Virus record (IMG/VR): IMGVR_UViG_3300044733_004754
Length of the DNA: 64,000 bases
From: a virus
Strand: one strand, 5' to 3'
Both the position numbers and the translations under genes were made by a program. Positions within the stretch are counted from its first letter, which is position 1. Every line of letters starts with the position of its first letter. Positions 38,973-48,777 of this stretch are shown here, one piece after another. The notes beneath the pieces were generated by a model that made no database searches, was not told the DNA's origin, and saw only the letters and a list, made by a program, of their open reading frames with translations.

Positions 38973-39665
38973 ATGGCTAAGGGATACTTAAATTTTCGTG
39001 ATGGAACAGAACTTGATCTTGATTATGCCTTCCCAAGCCATCTCAAGAAAGTAGCCATGTCAATGTCAGGAGGGGTGGAGTCAGCAGCACTCTACCTTCT
39101 CCTCGAACGTTTCTATGGTAAAGAAAACGTGTATGTGTTTACAGCTCATGTACCACGACGTTATTGGGAAGCCGTGAAAGCACTTGAGCTCTGTGATTAT
39201 CTTGGCGTTACACAAAGAAAGGTTATATCAGATACTCCTGCGTTTAATGATATGAGTCCTCCTGAGAACAAACGCATGAGGCTACTTGCTAAGCAGCAAT
39301 GTAATTTTGATGGATGGTTCAATGGGGCCAATAAACTCATGTTCGCTCCGACAAAAATACTATCACAAACACAAAAAAATTTTGTTAGATCAGAAAACGT
39401 TTACCTGCCTTTTATTGACCTCTTAAAACAAAACACGATCGAAATCTTTTACCTTCTTAGTCGACAAGATGTCTTGTTTAACACTCACTCCTGTACGATA
39501 AACCATTTCAATAACAATCATTGTGGTACGTGTTACTGTTGTCATGAACGAGTGAGAGGGTTTGCTGTTTTGGGCGAGCGAGACAAAGCTACATATAACG
39601 TCGAGTGGAATAACATGCTTCAAGAGTGTTTCTACAGCGACAAACATATAGTTAAAAACTGGTAG
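38973..39665 (+). CDS. QueC-like PP-loop ATPase
   Basis: SMSGGVES; THSC-x9-CGTCYCCHER. Confidence 0.7.
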   Translation: MAKGYLNFRDGTELDLDYAFPSHLKKVAMSMSGGVESAALYLLLERFYGKENVYVFTAHVPRRYWEAVKALELCDYLGVTQRKVISDTPAFNDMSPPENKRMRLLAKQQCNFDGWFNGANKLMFAPTKILSQTQKNFVRSENVYLPFIDLLKQNTIEIFYLLSRQDVLFNTHSCTINHFNNNHCGTCYCCHERVRGFAVLGERDKATYNVEWNNMLQECFYSDKHIVKNW

Positions 39666-39674
39666 GAGTAGCTT

Positions 39675-39854
39675 ATGCTTGACGACGAACAAGATGGACC
39701 AATTATCTGTTACAACTGTGACGCTGAATTTATCGTCCACACCCCATACAAAACAGAGGAATCAGTATGCTTTTGTCCATACTGTGGTAGTGAGGTCGAA
39801 GGAGACGATGAAGAAATGGATGACGATCTTTTTGACGAACTTGATCCGAGATGA
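39675..39854 (+). CDS. acidic zinc-ribbon protein (59 aa)
   Basis: AGGAG RBS; CYNC...CPYCG plus D/E tail; different frame from ORF track 39679. Confidence 0.75.
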   Translation: MLDDEQDGPIICYNCDAEFIVHTPYKTEESVCFCPYCGSEVEGDDEEMDDDLFDELDPR

Positions 39855-40246
39855 CTTGGCTCCTTAACGGAGCCGTTTTTGAAGAACCTTCTGAAAATGA
39901 TTATGGATTTGTATACAAAATAACAAACAATATTGATAGTAAAGTTTACATTGGTAAAAAGTTATTTTGGTTTAAGAAGACAAAGACATTAAAAGGCAAG
40001 AAAAAAAGATATTTGGCTCCTTCTGATTGGAAAACATATTTCGGTAGTTCTAAAGCAGTTCAAGAAGACGTTAAACGTCTTGGTGAAGATATGTTTACTC
40101 GTGAAATAATCCGTCTATGTAAGAATAAAGGTGAATGTTCATATTATGAAGCCAAATTTCAATTCGAACATAATGTTCTATACGAACCACAAAGGTATTA
40201 CAACGACTGGATTATATGTCGTGTGCATAGAAAACACATATTATGA
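39851..40246 (+). CDS. GIY-YIG endonuclease (T4 endonuclease II-like size)
   Basis: GFVYKITN..KVYIGKK, WKTYFGSS, YYN. Confidence 0.8.
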   Translation: MTWLLNGAVFEEPSENDYGFVYKITNNIDSKVYIGKKLFWFKKTKTLKGKKKRYLAPSDWKTYFGSSKAVQEDVKRLGEDMFTREIIRLCKNKGECSYYEAKFQFEHNVLYEPQRYYNDWIICRVHRKHIL

Positions 40247-41754
40247 ATAATTATGTTGATGTTGTAATATTTGAGGCTGCGTGGTCCTACATCACACAGA
40301 CTACTACCGATGTTCACCTTAATGAAAAGCACGGTGGCATTTCATTTAATGGTGACCGTACATCATATCCATCTCGTTTCCTTGGACCCTCCAAAATAGC
40401 ACAACGAATTCGCGAAGGTGGATATACTTGCCAAGTCATATCTTTTGTTCACTTCCTCAATCAAGATCAACTTGTAAGTATTATTAACAAGTTCGTTGGG
40501 CCTAGAACTATTATTGGTATTAGTTCAACTTTTGCCAATGGTAGAGGATGTAAAGCCATTGCTCATTTTATGCGCAATATCATTGGCCCAAAGATCACTA
40601 ACACAAACAAAACAATTATCGGTGGACCTTCGGCTCACATTTGGTCAAAGATTATTGAAAAAAACGGCTATCAGTTTGACCACGTTATAGTAAGTTTTGC
40701 TGAGAACAAAATCCTTCAAATCATTAATAACATTAAGAATTCGGGTCTCTTTAGAAAGATCACTGCACCTTGGGACATTCAAACCTGCCAGCATAGGTGG
40801 CATTCTTCATCTATTATTCAACGTAATGAGTCACTTCCGCTAGAGTGTGCAAGAGGATGTATCTTTGAGTGTAAGTTCTGTCGTTTTACTATGCTAGGTA
40901 AAAAGAAAGGCACATATGTACGGGACATCAATTTAATAAAAGACGAAATGTTGTATAACTATGATCATTTTGGTACAACAAACTATATGTTGACTGATGA
41001 TACCTTCAATGACACACCAGAGAAGGTTGAGGCCTGGGCGGATATGGTAAGTAGCCTACCTTTCAAAATCCAGTATGTGACATACTTGCGCGTGGACTTG
41101 ATACATCGCTTTCCACATACAGCCAAACTCCTGCAAGACTCGGGTCTGCTAGCCACGCATTTTGGTATAGAGTCCCTAACGCCGAAAGCGTCAACCCTCA
41201 TCGGCAAAGCATGGTCAGGTAAACATGCACGTGAGTATGTTCCTGAGCTTACTAAAAATGTATGGGGTGACAAAATAAATGTGTTCATATCTTTGATAGC
41301 AGGACTACCTCATGAAACACCAGACGATTGGCAAAGAGCAGGAGAATGGGCTGTTGAAAACAATCTTAGTGCCTATTATGCGACGTTAGGCATAGAAAAG
41401 TTCAGAAATAACTACAAAGGTATCTGGAATGAAGATGAACGTGAAGGTATAAGCTACTTCGATATTCATGCTGAAGAGTATGGATATCAATTCGTTACAC
41501 ATAAAGGTCGATCAATGTGGATCCTTGATGGAATGACCGAACACGATGTAGCAAGACGTGTTGCGCCGTTGAATGATTACTTCGACAAGCATTGTCGGGT
41601 CACTGCTTGGGGCACAATGGAGATGTTATCACTAGGTATTAATCAAAATTATATATTAAACAACCCTCGTAATGTTGTATATGGCAATACAACCTTCAAT
41701 ACTCTCCGTGATGATTTCGTAACAAATTACTTCCACGGACTGATGGAATTATAA
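40243..41754 (+). CDS. B12-binding-domain radical SAM protein
   Basis: GPSKIA, IGISS, GG; RGCIFECKFC; DDTFND; GIES. Confidence 0.88.
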   Translation: MNNYVDVVIFEAAWSYITQTTTDVHLNEKHGGISFNGDRTSYPSRFLGPSKIAQRIREGGYTCQVISFVHFLNQDQLVSIINKFVGPRTIIGISSTFANGRGCKAIAHFMRNIIGPKITNTNKTIIGGPSAHIWSKIIEKNGYQFDHVIVSFAENKILQIINNIKNSGLFRKITAPWDIQTCQHRWHSSSIIQRNESLPLECARGCIFECKFCRFTMLGKKKGTYVRDINLIKDEMLYNYDHFGTTNYMLTDDTFNDTPEKVEAWADMVSSLPFKIQYVTYLRVDLIHRFPHTAKLLQDSGLLATHFGIESLTPKASTLIGKAWSGKHAREYVPELTKNVWGDKINVFISLIAGLPHETPDDWQRAGEWAVENNLSAYYATLGIEKFRNNYKGIWNEDEREGISYFDIHAEEYGYQFVTHKGRSMWILDGMTEHDVARRVAPLNDYFDKHCRVTAWGTMEMLSLGINQNYILNNPRNVVYGNTTFNTLRDDFVTNYFHGLMEL

Positions 41755-43292
41755 TGGCTGTTGATTTTTTAATACTAGCTGCCGACTCCTCGATGGGTGG
41801 GGATTACCACGCTTCTTATAAAAAAGTTAAAGAAGACGTGAGAGCTATCAATGCTCATTTGTACGAACTTCACATCCACTTGGGAATGCGTGTCCTGGGC
41901 CCTTCAAAGATTGCGTGGATAGCACGCAAACATGGGTACACATCACAAGTGCTGTCAAAGCTCCAAATGCTCACCGCTCAGGAAATTTTGTCTCTCTGTG
42001 AAGGGTTCGTTAATGAGAAAACAATCATTGGTATCTCAACTAGCTTACTGGGGTATCCACATGGTGACTTCTCGACGCAATCATTTCACGACAGTAATTT
42101 ACAGGATGAGAGTGCAATACATAAACTTATTCATACCATTGATCACTTTAGAGAAAAGTACAAAACAAAGATTATAGTTGGTGGATCACAAGCTGTTGCA
42201 TTCCAAGATATTTTTGAAGCTGATTATATGCTTCAGGGCGAAGCGGAGAATACGTTACCACAGTTGCTTGATAAGATAAAAAGAAGTGGTATCCAAAAAC
42301 AACCATACGACTGGCAGATAACAACTTGTGATTTTAAATGGCACGACACTGATTGTATTGTTCCTAGAGAGCCAGTTCCATTAGAGACCTCAAGAGGATG
42401 CATCTTCAGATGTCGGTTCTGTCAATTTGCAAACATTGGTAAGAAGATAGGTACATTCGAACGACCTCTTGAAAATATTAAAGAAGAGATATGTAATAAT
42501 TATGAAAAGTATCAAACTACCCACTACTGGTTAGCTGACGATACTTTTAATGATAATGACGAACGCGTTAATCAATTTTGCGAGATGTTAGAGTCACTTC
42601 CCTTCAGAATTAATCTGATGGGTTACATTCGTCTTGATCTTGCTCATAGGTATCAAAAAACCACACAACGTCTTCTGAATGCTGGACTTGTTGGGTGCTC
42701 ATTTGGAATCGAATCCTTTCACCCCCAAGCAGCTAATGCTGTTGGTAAAGCGTTTAGTGCAAAGTATGCCAAGGAATTTCTCGATCACTTCTACTTTGAT
42801 ATGGCCAAAGAGAACGTGATGATTAATTGTTGCAACATTATTGGGTTACCTGGTGAAGGGATTAAAGACCTAGAAAAAACGTTAGATTGGTATTCAAAAC
42901 GAAGACATATACACATGAATTGGTCTGCTTTAACTCTATATGACCCCACTCGTTCAAAAAAAGAACAAGAGAAGAGTATTTTTGAGAAAGAGGCATCTAA
43001 GTATGGATATGTGTTTTTTGAAGACAAGCCGATAAACTATTGGGAAAGCCCAACAATGAATTGGGATATGGCTGTGACTATACGTAATCGTATAACTCGT
43101 AAAATGAAAAATCACAATATTGAAGCCGGTGAGCCTTGGCTAAACATGCATTATTTGAGTATACTAGGCATTACGCCGAAAGAAGCAAGAGCCAGATATC
43201 AGAACTGGGAGAAATTGTATTTGCAAGAGACAAGAAAGATCATTGACCATAACAGTCAATACTTTAACTTTATTAAATGGAAGTACACATGA
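41754..43292 (+). CDS. B12-binding-domain radical SAM protein (paralog)
   Basis: GPSKIA, GEAE, RGCIFRCRFC, DDTFND, GIES. Confidence 0.88.
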   Translation: MAVDFLILAADSSMGGDYHASYKKVKEDVRAINAHLYELHIHLGMRVLGPSKIAWIARKHGYTSQVLSKLQMLTAQEILSLCEGFVNEKTIIGISTSLLGYPHGDFSTQSFHDSNLQDESAIHKLIHTIDHFREKYKTKIIVGGSQAVAFQDIFEADYMLQGEAENTLPQLLDKIKRSGIQKQPYDWQITTCDFKWHDTDCIVPREPVPLETSRGCIFRCRFCQFANIGKKIGTFERPLENIKEEICNNYEKYQTTHYWLADDTFNDNDERVNQFCEMLESLPFRINLMGYIRLDLAHRYQKTTQRLLNAGLVGCSFGIESFHPQAANAVGKAFSAKYAKEFLDHFYFDMAKENVMINCCNIIGLPGEGIKDLEKTLDWYSKRRHIHMNWSALTLYDPTRSKKEQEKSIFEKEASKYGYVFFEDKPINYWESPTMNWDMAVTIRNRITRKMKNHNIEAGEPWLNMHYLSILGITPKEARARYQNWEKLYLQETRKIIDHNSQYFNFIKWKYT

Positions 43293-43477
43293 AAGCATTG
43301 AAGAAACAACAGATCAAAGAAAACATTACTCTTCAGAATCGATTTAATAATGAACTCATTACTGGTGATGTTCTTTCAGAGGATGAAATTGAAGGTAAGA
43401 AGTTCTTCGTTGTAAGGACAGGACAACCTTCACGGGTTCTTAAACTTGCTAAGGATGCATATACCTTAAAAAAATAA
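43289..43477 (+). CDS. hypothetical protein
   Basis: 62 aa, ATGA overlap. Confidence 0.6.
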   Translation: MKALKKQQIKENITLQNRFNNELITGDVLSEDEIEGKKFFVVRTGQPSRVLKLAKDAYTLKK

Positions 43478-43490
43478 TTTTGTTGGTATG

Positions 43491-43519
43491 TTGACTTTTG
43501 TTTTTTTATTCTTTAATAT
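43491..43519 (+). promoter_or_regulatory. sigma70-type promoter
   Basis: TTGACT-17-TAATAT. Confidence 0.65.
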
Positions 43520-43566
43520 GTCGTGGCTTGCTTAACAAGCGTTTCTTAACCAAAGGAGAACTTTAT

Positions 43567-43824
43567 ATGATGACTCAAAAGCAAAAACTTCGTCGTGCTT
43601 TTAACAATGGTGCTGTTTTGACCACGAAGCAAATTCGTAACCTTTATCGTATTGCTTCCCCTACGAAAGTTATTAGCCAACTTCGCCTTGAAGATGGTTT
43701 TCCTGTGCATTCTGTTCAAACGGTTACCAGCCGTGGTGAAACGGTAGTTAAGTACCGTACTGGCCGTCCTGGTCCTCGTGTTGTTGCAGCAGGTTATCGC
43801 GCTATTAGTTTGGGCCTTGCCTAA
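43567..43824 (+). CDS. basic winged-HTH-like DNA-binding protein
   Basis: AAGGAG RBS; LTTKQI..YRIASPTKVISQLR..GFPV. Confidence 0.7.
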   Translation: MMTQKQKLRRAFNNGAVLTTKQIRNLYRIASPTKVISQLRLEDGFPVHSVQTVTSRGETVVKYRTGRPGPRVVAAGYRAISLGLA

Positions 43825-43844
43825 ATGTTAGTTTAGTGTAAACT

Positions 43845-43867
43845 AAGGGCCTTAGGGCCCTTTTTTT
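43845..43867 (+). terminator. intrinsic terminator
   Basis: AAGGGCC-TTAG-GGCCCTT plus T-tract. Confidence 0.85.
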
Positions 43868-43881
43868 GTTTGGAGATTATT

Positions 43882-44205
43882 ATGACCGAAATCAAACCTG
43901 AAATGATCAACGAAAATTACTACACTCTCTCTGGTGAGAAAGAACGTCGTAGGTTCCGTGAGTGGCTAACTGGGATGATGAAAGTACAGCCTATATACGT
44001 TACGTTCATTAAGAGCGATGGGTCGAAACGTGAGATGCGTTGTAGTCTTCGAGAAGAAGATCTTGTTGTTTATGAGAAGAAAACAGATCTTGTTAAAGAA
44101 AAGAACGATGACGTTTGCGCTGTGTGGGATCTAGATAAATCAGCGTGGCGCTCGTTTCGTTATGATTCAATTAAGCAAATTCGTGTTGAAGTGGGTGATG
44201 AATGA
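43882..44205 (+). CDS. WYL_2/SH3-like protein
   Basis: VTFIKSDGSKREM, VWDLDKSAWRSFR. Confidence 0.75.
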   Translation: MTEIKPEMINENYYTLSGEKERRRFREWLTGMMKVQPIYVTFIKSDGSKREMRCSLREEDLVVYEKKTDLVKEKNDDVCAVWDLDKSAWRSFRYDSIKQIRVEVGDE

Positions 44206-44666
44206 CAAATGTTTACAATCGTAAGGTAGGGTTCACATGCTCTACATTTGACCTACTACATGCTGGTCATATTCTTATGCTTGAAGAAGCAAAGAGCGTC
44301 TGCGAGTACCTTATTTGCGGACTACAAATTGATCCAAGCATTGATAGAACAGAGAAGAACAAACCTGTTCAAACAATTGTTGAACGATATGTTCAGCTCA
44401 AAGCTGTTAAGTATGTTGACGAGATTATTGTTTATGAAACAGAACAAGATCTCGTTGACCTTATTCAAATGCTTCCTATTGATATACGAATCCTTGGTGA
44501 AGAATATATCGATAAAAACTTTACTGGCCGTGATTATTGTATTGAACGAGGTATTGAATTCTACTTCAATAAACGGACTCATCGATTTAGTAGTTCAGGA
44601 CTACGTAAACGCGTAACAGAAGCCAATGTAGCCAAGCAATCTGAAGACAACTATCGCAACGTTTAA
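44202..44666 (+). CDS. cytidylyltransferase (TagD-like)
   Basis: TFDLLHAGH, ER..LKAVKYVDEI, RTHRFSSS. Confidence 0.88.
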   Translation: MTNVYNRKVGFTCSTFDLLHAGHILMLEEAKSVCEYLICGLQIDPSIDRTEKNKPVQTIVERYVQLKAVKYVDEIIVYETEQDLVDLIQMLPIDIRILGEEYIDKNFTGRDYCIERGIEFYFNKRTHRFSSSGLRKRVTEANVAKQSEDNYRNV

Positions 44667-44668
44667 TT

Positions 44669-45622
44669 ATGAATACAGTAGCTGTAACCGGATCCCATGG
44701 CTTTATTGGATCCATTCTTCGTAAAATGCTAACAGAGCAAGGACTTGAGGTCCTTGCCTGTGATATCAACCTCGATCATTCGTTATGGACAAAGTACGCA
44801 AAATCGGTGTACCACGGTTCATTTGATGATGATGCATATGTTGATCAGATCGTAAGATCAAACGTGTCTACAATCCTCCACCTAGCAGCAACAAGTACTG
44901 TTGGCCCGGACGCTGAAGATCCAATGACATACTATTGGAACAATACTGCTCGGACCATCAATTTCCTCAAAAAGCTGATTGATCGTAAATGGAAAGGACA
45001 CATTATCTTTGCTAGTACAGCAGCTGTTTATAGACTCAATGGTTTCTTAGAACCTAAGAAAGAAACATACTTTGCTGATCCGGCAAGTAATTATGGTAGG
45101 AGCAAACTACAATGCGAGAGAATGCTTGATTACTGTTCTCTCTACGGCATAAATGTTACATCATTTCGTTTCTTTAATGTTGCGGGAGCGTACGATGAGT
45201 TTGGCGAAGAACATCAAGACACCCACCTTATTTCACGGATATGTGTTTCTGCGATTAATAATAGTCCCGTTACTGTTTATGGTGATGACTATCCCACTCC
45301 TGATGGTACTTGCATTAGGGACTATGTTCATGTATTGGACATCTGTCGTGCGCAATGCTTTGCCGCTCAGAACAAAATCTATGGCACATACAACCTTGGA
45401 TCAAAGCAAGGAACGTCCGTTTTTGAAATGATTGATATGTTCAATAAACAGACAGGGTGTAGTGTTACATACGAAACGGGTCAACGACGACCTGGTGATG
45501 TTCCATATCTGGTGGCAGAGCCAACCAAGTTTACACTGCATGGATTCACGTATAAGTATAACATAGAAGACATTATTAGTTCGTCATGGAAGCATTTTAA
45601 AAGGATACATTATGGGATTTGA
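44669..45622 (+). CDS. galE: NAD-dependent epimerase (GalE-like)
   Basis: TGSHGFIG, STAAVY, YGRSK, RFFNVAGA, DYPTPDGTCIRDYVHV. Confidence 0.85.
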   Translation: MNTVAVTGSHGFIGSILRKMLTEQGLEVLACDINLDHSLWTKYAKSVYHGSFDDDAYVDQIVRSNVSTILHLAATSTVGPDAEDPMTYYWNNTARTINFLKKLIDRKWKGHIIFASTAAVYRLNGFLEPKKETYFADPASNYGRSKLQCERMLDYCSLYGINVTSFRFFNVAGAYDEFGEEHQDTHLISRICVSAINNSPVTVYGDDYPTPDGTCIRDYVHVLDICRAQCFAAQNKIYGTYNLGSKQGTSVFEMIDMFNKQTGCSVTYETGQRRPGDVPYLVAEPTKFTLHGFTYKYNIEDIISSSWKHFKRIHYGI

Positions 45623-46607
45623 TGTTAATGAAGTTTCAAAGAACTCTAAAGGTGGAACAGAGCTAATGAGGGTTGGACTTGAGAGCCGTCTTGATCCTGC
45701 TCTTGTTGAAGACTTTCAAATTATACCTTCTCGAGTGAGAGAGCTAGACGAATCAAAGATTCGTGTCTTATGGCTCCATGATTTGCCCGGTGACCCTGAA
45801 TGTGATCATCTTAAGAATGGTGGACATGATAAGTTCCATCAACTTGTATGTGTATCTAACTGGCAAATGCAGCAGTTTTCAGCTTACTATAGAATCCCTT
45901 TTAGTAAGTTCCTTGTCATTGAAAACGCTATTGAACCTATTGCAGAAAGCGAGATCGTTAAACCAACAGACAAGTTTAAAATCATTTACCACACCACACC
46001 TCATCGTGGTCTAGAACTACTTGTTCCAGTGTTTACCAAGCTAGCTGAGAAGTATGACTTCATTGAGCTTGATGTGTATTCCAGCTTCAAGATCTATGGT
46101 TGGGAACAACGTGATACACAATACGAACAACTGTTCGAAGTTTGTCGTAATCATAATCAGATCAATTACCATGGTACGGTCTCAAATGATGAGGTCCGTA
46201 AGGCTGTTGCACAGGCTCATGTGTTTGCATACCCTTCTATTTGGGCTGAGACATCTTGTTTGAGTCTGATGGAAGCTATGAGTGCTAAATGTATCTGCTT
46301 GCATCCCAACTACGCAGCTCTGTTTGAGACTGCAGGTGGAACAACAATGATGTACCAGTGGCATGAGGATGCAAACGCACACGCTCAAATCCTCTACACA
46401 CACCTTGAAAATATTATTGAGAATCGTAATGATCCTACAATAACAAACGTTACCGGAATACAGAGCAGTTATGCTAATCTACGTTACTCGTGGCCGCGGA
46501 TCGTTTCCATGTGGACCGATCTGCTTAACAGTCTCAAGAGAGCTTTCCCCGATGTAGAAAGCAGAAAGCTGTCGAGCGGCGAAGTATTTCACTATAGAGT
46601 AGGTTGA
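45612..46607 (+). CDS. glycosyltransferase (GT-B, GT4-like)
   Basis: GGTE, WLHD, TPHRGL, YPS.WAETSCLSLMEAM. Confidence 0.87.
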   Translation: MGFDVNEVSKNSKGGTELMRVGLESRLDPALVEDFQIIPSRVRELDESKIRVLWLHDLPGDPECDHLKNGGHDKFHQLVCVSNWQMQQFSAYYRIPFSKFLVIENAIEPIAESEIVKPTDKFKIIYHTTPHRGLELLVPVFTKLAEKYDFIELDVYSSFKIYGWEQRDTQYEQLFEVCRNHNQINYHGTVSNDEVRKAVAQAHVFAYPSIWAETSCLSLMEAMSAKCICLHPNYAALFETAGGTTMMYQWHEDANAHAQILYTHLENIIENRNDPTITNVTGIQSSYANLRYSWPRIVSMWTDLLNSLKRAFPDVESRKLSSGEVFHYRVG

Positions 46608-46632
46608 CATTAGAACGCGTATAGGTTAACAT
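46604..46632 (+). promoter_or_regulatory. sigma70-type promoter
   Basis: TTGACA-17-TAACAT before rnh. Confidence 0.65.
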
Positions 46633-46662
46633 AACATATCATTAACTCTTTAACCTACAATT

Positions 46663-47514
46663 ATGATTCTCCTTGACTTATCACAAGTAATGATTTCGAA
46701 CATTATGATGCAGGTTGGACAGCACACTGATGCTATTCAACCTGATCTTGTTCGACATATGGTAATCAATACCATTCGTTCTCTTAAAGTAAAGTTTTCA
46801 GACTATAGTGAGCTTGTTATTGCTTGCGATGATAAGAAGTACTGGCGTCGTGATTACTTTGCTCCATATAAAGGCAATCGAAAAGCTGATCGAGAGAAGT
46901 CTAACATTGACTGGGCAGTACTATTTGACACTCTCAATCAAGTTAAAAACGAGCTGAAAGACAATTTCCCATACAGAGTTATACAAGTCGAGGGTGCCGA
47001 GGCAGATGATGTCATTGGTACTTTGGTGATGAAATTCGGTTCAGAACTAAATAATGAGGATAAGATCCTTATCTTGAGTGGTGATAAGGATTTTGTACAG
47101 CTGCAGCAGTGGGGTAATGTTACACAGTACGATCCTATTCGTAAGAAAGATATCACTTCTAACAATCCGGAAAAGTTTATTCATCATTTGATTCTTTCGG
47201 GTGACAGAGGGGATGGGATTCCGAATGTACTATCGCCTGACAACTGCATTATAGAAGGAATGCGACAGAAGCCTCTTCGCGAGACGAAGATTGAAGAGTT
47301 GTTGAATACTGAATGGGAAGATCTACCTAATGAAATTAGACGTAATTGGGACCGTAATCGAATGTTGATTGATCTTACTTTTATTCCAGAACGGATAAAA
47401 GACTCTATCCTTGCAGAGTATGAAGCGCAAGCCAACAAACCTCGTGATAAGATGTTTAACTATTTTATCCAGCATAAAATGAAACTCCTAATGGAGTCAA
47501 TTGGTGATTTTTAA
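46663..47514 (+). CDS. rnh: T4-type RNase H (5'-3' exonuclease)
   Basis: YWRRDYF..YK, EADD, SGDKDF.QL, GD.GDGIPN. Confidence 0.95.
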   Translation: MILLDLSQVMISNIMMQVGQHTDAIQPDLVRHMVINTIRSLKVKFSDYSELVIACDDKKYWRRDYFAPYKGNRKADREKSNIDWAVLFDTLNQVKNELKDNFPYRVIQVEGAEADDVIGTLVMKFGSELNNEDKILILSGDKDFVQLQQWGNVTQYDPIRKKDITSNNPEKFIHHLILSGDRGDGIPNVLSPDNCIIEGMRQKPLRETKIEELLNTEWEDLPNEIRRNWDRNRMLIDLTFIPERIKDSILAEYEAQANKPRDKMFNYFIQHKMKLLMESIGDF

Positions 47515-47936
47515 TGCGACTAGCTATATCACAAATTCTTAAAGCCTGTTCCGAATATCCAGTCAATCAGAGAGCACAATACCTTGCTCAGCACGACACA
47601 TTAGCGCTTCGTGTTGTGCTACAGTATGCTCTTGATCCACGTGTAAAGTTTATTCTTCCACACGGTGTGCCACCCTTTAAACCAACAGAGCATCTTGATC
47701 AAGAAGGTAATCTTTATAGAGACTTTCGTAAGTTAAGTAATTTCATTGAGGGTGGTGGGTATCCTGACATGCATCACATCAAACGCGAGACGTTGTTCAT
47801 TCAATTCCTTGAAGGACTGTTTCCCGAAGATGCAAAACTGATTTGTAGTGTCAAAGACAAAAAGCTCCCATACAAAGGGATCACAGTTAAGATTGTTAAT
47901 CAAGCCTTTCCAGGACTAATCAAAGAAAAGGAGTAA
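47514..47936 (+). CDS. conserved T4-like hypothetical protein
   Basis: LPHGVPPF, RETLFIQFLEGL.PEDA; follows rnh. Confidence 0.75.
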   Translation: MRLAISQILKACSEYPVNQRAQYLAQHDTLALRVVLQYALDPRVKFILPHGVPPFKPTEHLDQEGNLYRDFRKLSNFIEGGGYPDMHHIKRETLFIQFLEGLFPEDAKLICSVKDKKLPYKGITVKIVNQAFPGLIKEKE

Positions 47937-47944
47937 GAGTAAAA

Positions 47945-48115
47945 GTGTCCAAAAAGCAAAAGAAACCTGGTCCTTCGTTGTATGAAGGTGAAGAGAACAC
48001 TCGACATCAGTTCAGAGTCAAAAAGAAGATACAAAATCAAAAGATGTTAAAGAATTTGGATAGAGCTCTTAGAGCTAAAGATTATAATAAATTAGCAACC
48101 ATTGACGACTTTTAA
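47945..48115 (+). CDS. small basic protein (56 aa)
   Basis: GTG start after GGAG; KNLDRALRAKD; not in ORF track. Confidence 0.5.
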   Translation: MSKKQKKPGPSLYEGEENTRHQFRVKKKIQNQKMLKNLDRALRAKDYNKLATIDDF

Positions 48116-48124
48116 GGAGCAATC

Positions 48125-48523
48125 ATGTTTAGTTTTTTAAAGAATCTTTTTAAACCAAAAGATACAGACAAACCTCATCCACTTGATGGTCCTGTACGCG
48201 CAGCAAACGAGAAAGCTGCTTTACCGAAGCCAGTTGAAGTACAGTTACCTGCTGAAAATACAATCACGGTTACTGAGCCTGCAAAAGCAACTGTAACCGT
48301 GAGTATTCCTGAAGCTAAAGTAGAAGCTGTTGCACCTCAACCAGCACCTCTTAAGCCAGCAGAGAAGTGGCCATTTCCAACGAGCGCCCCCGTTGAACCA
48401 CCAGCCGTTCCTGTTGTTGAGTTCAAAGAAAAGAAACCTCGTAAGCCTCGTGCACCCAAGCAGTTGCATCCTATTCAGCAGGAAGCATCGAGAACTGTTA
48501 TTCGTAAATCAAAAAAGAAGTAA
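48125..48523 (+). CDS. Pro/Ala/Lys-rich protein
   Basis: AAGGAG RBS; MFSFLKNLF, WPFP. Confidence 0.7.
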   Translation: MFSFLKNLFKPKDTDKPHPLDGPVRAANEKAALPKPVEVQLPAENTITVTEPAKATVTVSIPEAKVEAVAPQPAPLKPAEKWPFPTSAPVEPPAVPVVEFKEKKPRKPRAPKQLHPIQQEASRTVIRKSKKK

Positions 48524-48762
48524 TGCCAACATATACTTTTTTCAACGAAAAGACCAACGAAACGTTTGATAAGTTTATGTCAATCTCTGCAAAGGAGCAA
48601 TTCCTTGCAGAGAATGTCGATATCAAGCAGGTCATCCAAGCTCCCTCATTAAACTACTCTGGTACTACGAGTAAACCGGATGCAGGGTTCCGTGATGTAT
48701 TAAAAGAGATAAGGAGTAAGCACGATCAGCGCATTACGCGCAGTACTATAAACACGTTCTGA
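48523..48762 (+). CDS. FmdB-like small protein
   Basis: MPTYTF, KPDAGFRDVL. Confidence 0.7.
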   Translation: MPTYTFFNEKTNETFDKFMSISAKEQFLAENVDIKQVIQAPSLNYSGTTSKPDAGFRDVLKEIRSKHDQRITRSTINTF

Positions 48763-48777
48763 CAAGGAGAATTACAA

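Noticed and set aside
39679-39867. ORF-track 62-aa protein
   Set aside because: Frame 39675-39854 has the RBS and a CxxC/CxxC motif, so it is the likelier gene.
39851-40246. Mobile homing endonuclease
   Set aside because: Catalytic domain only, no DNA-binding extension; resembles stand-alone endonuclease II-type genes.
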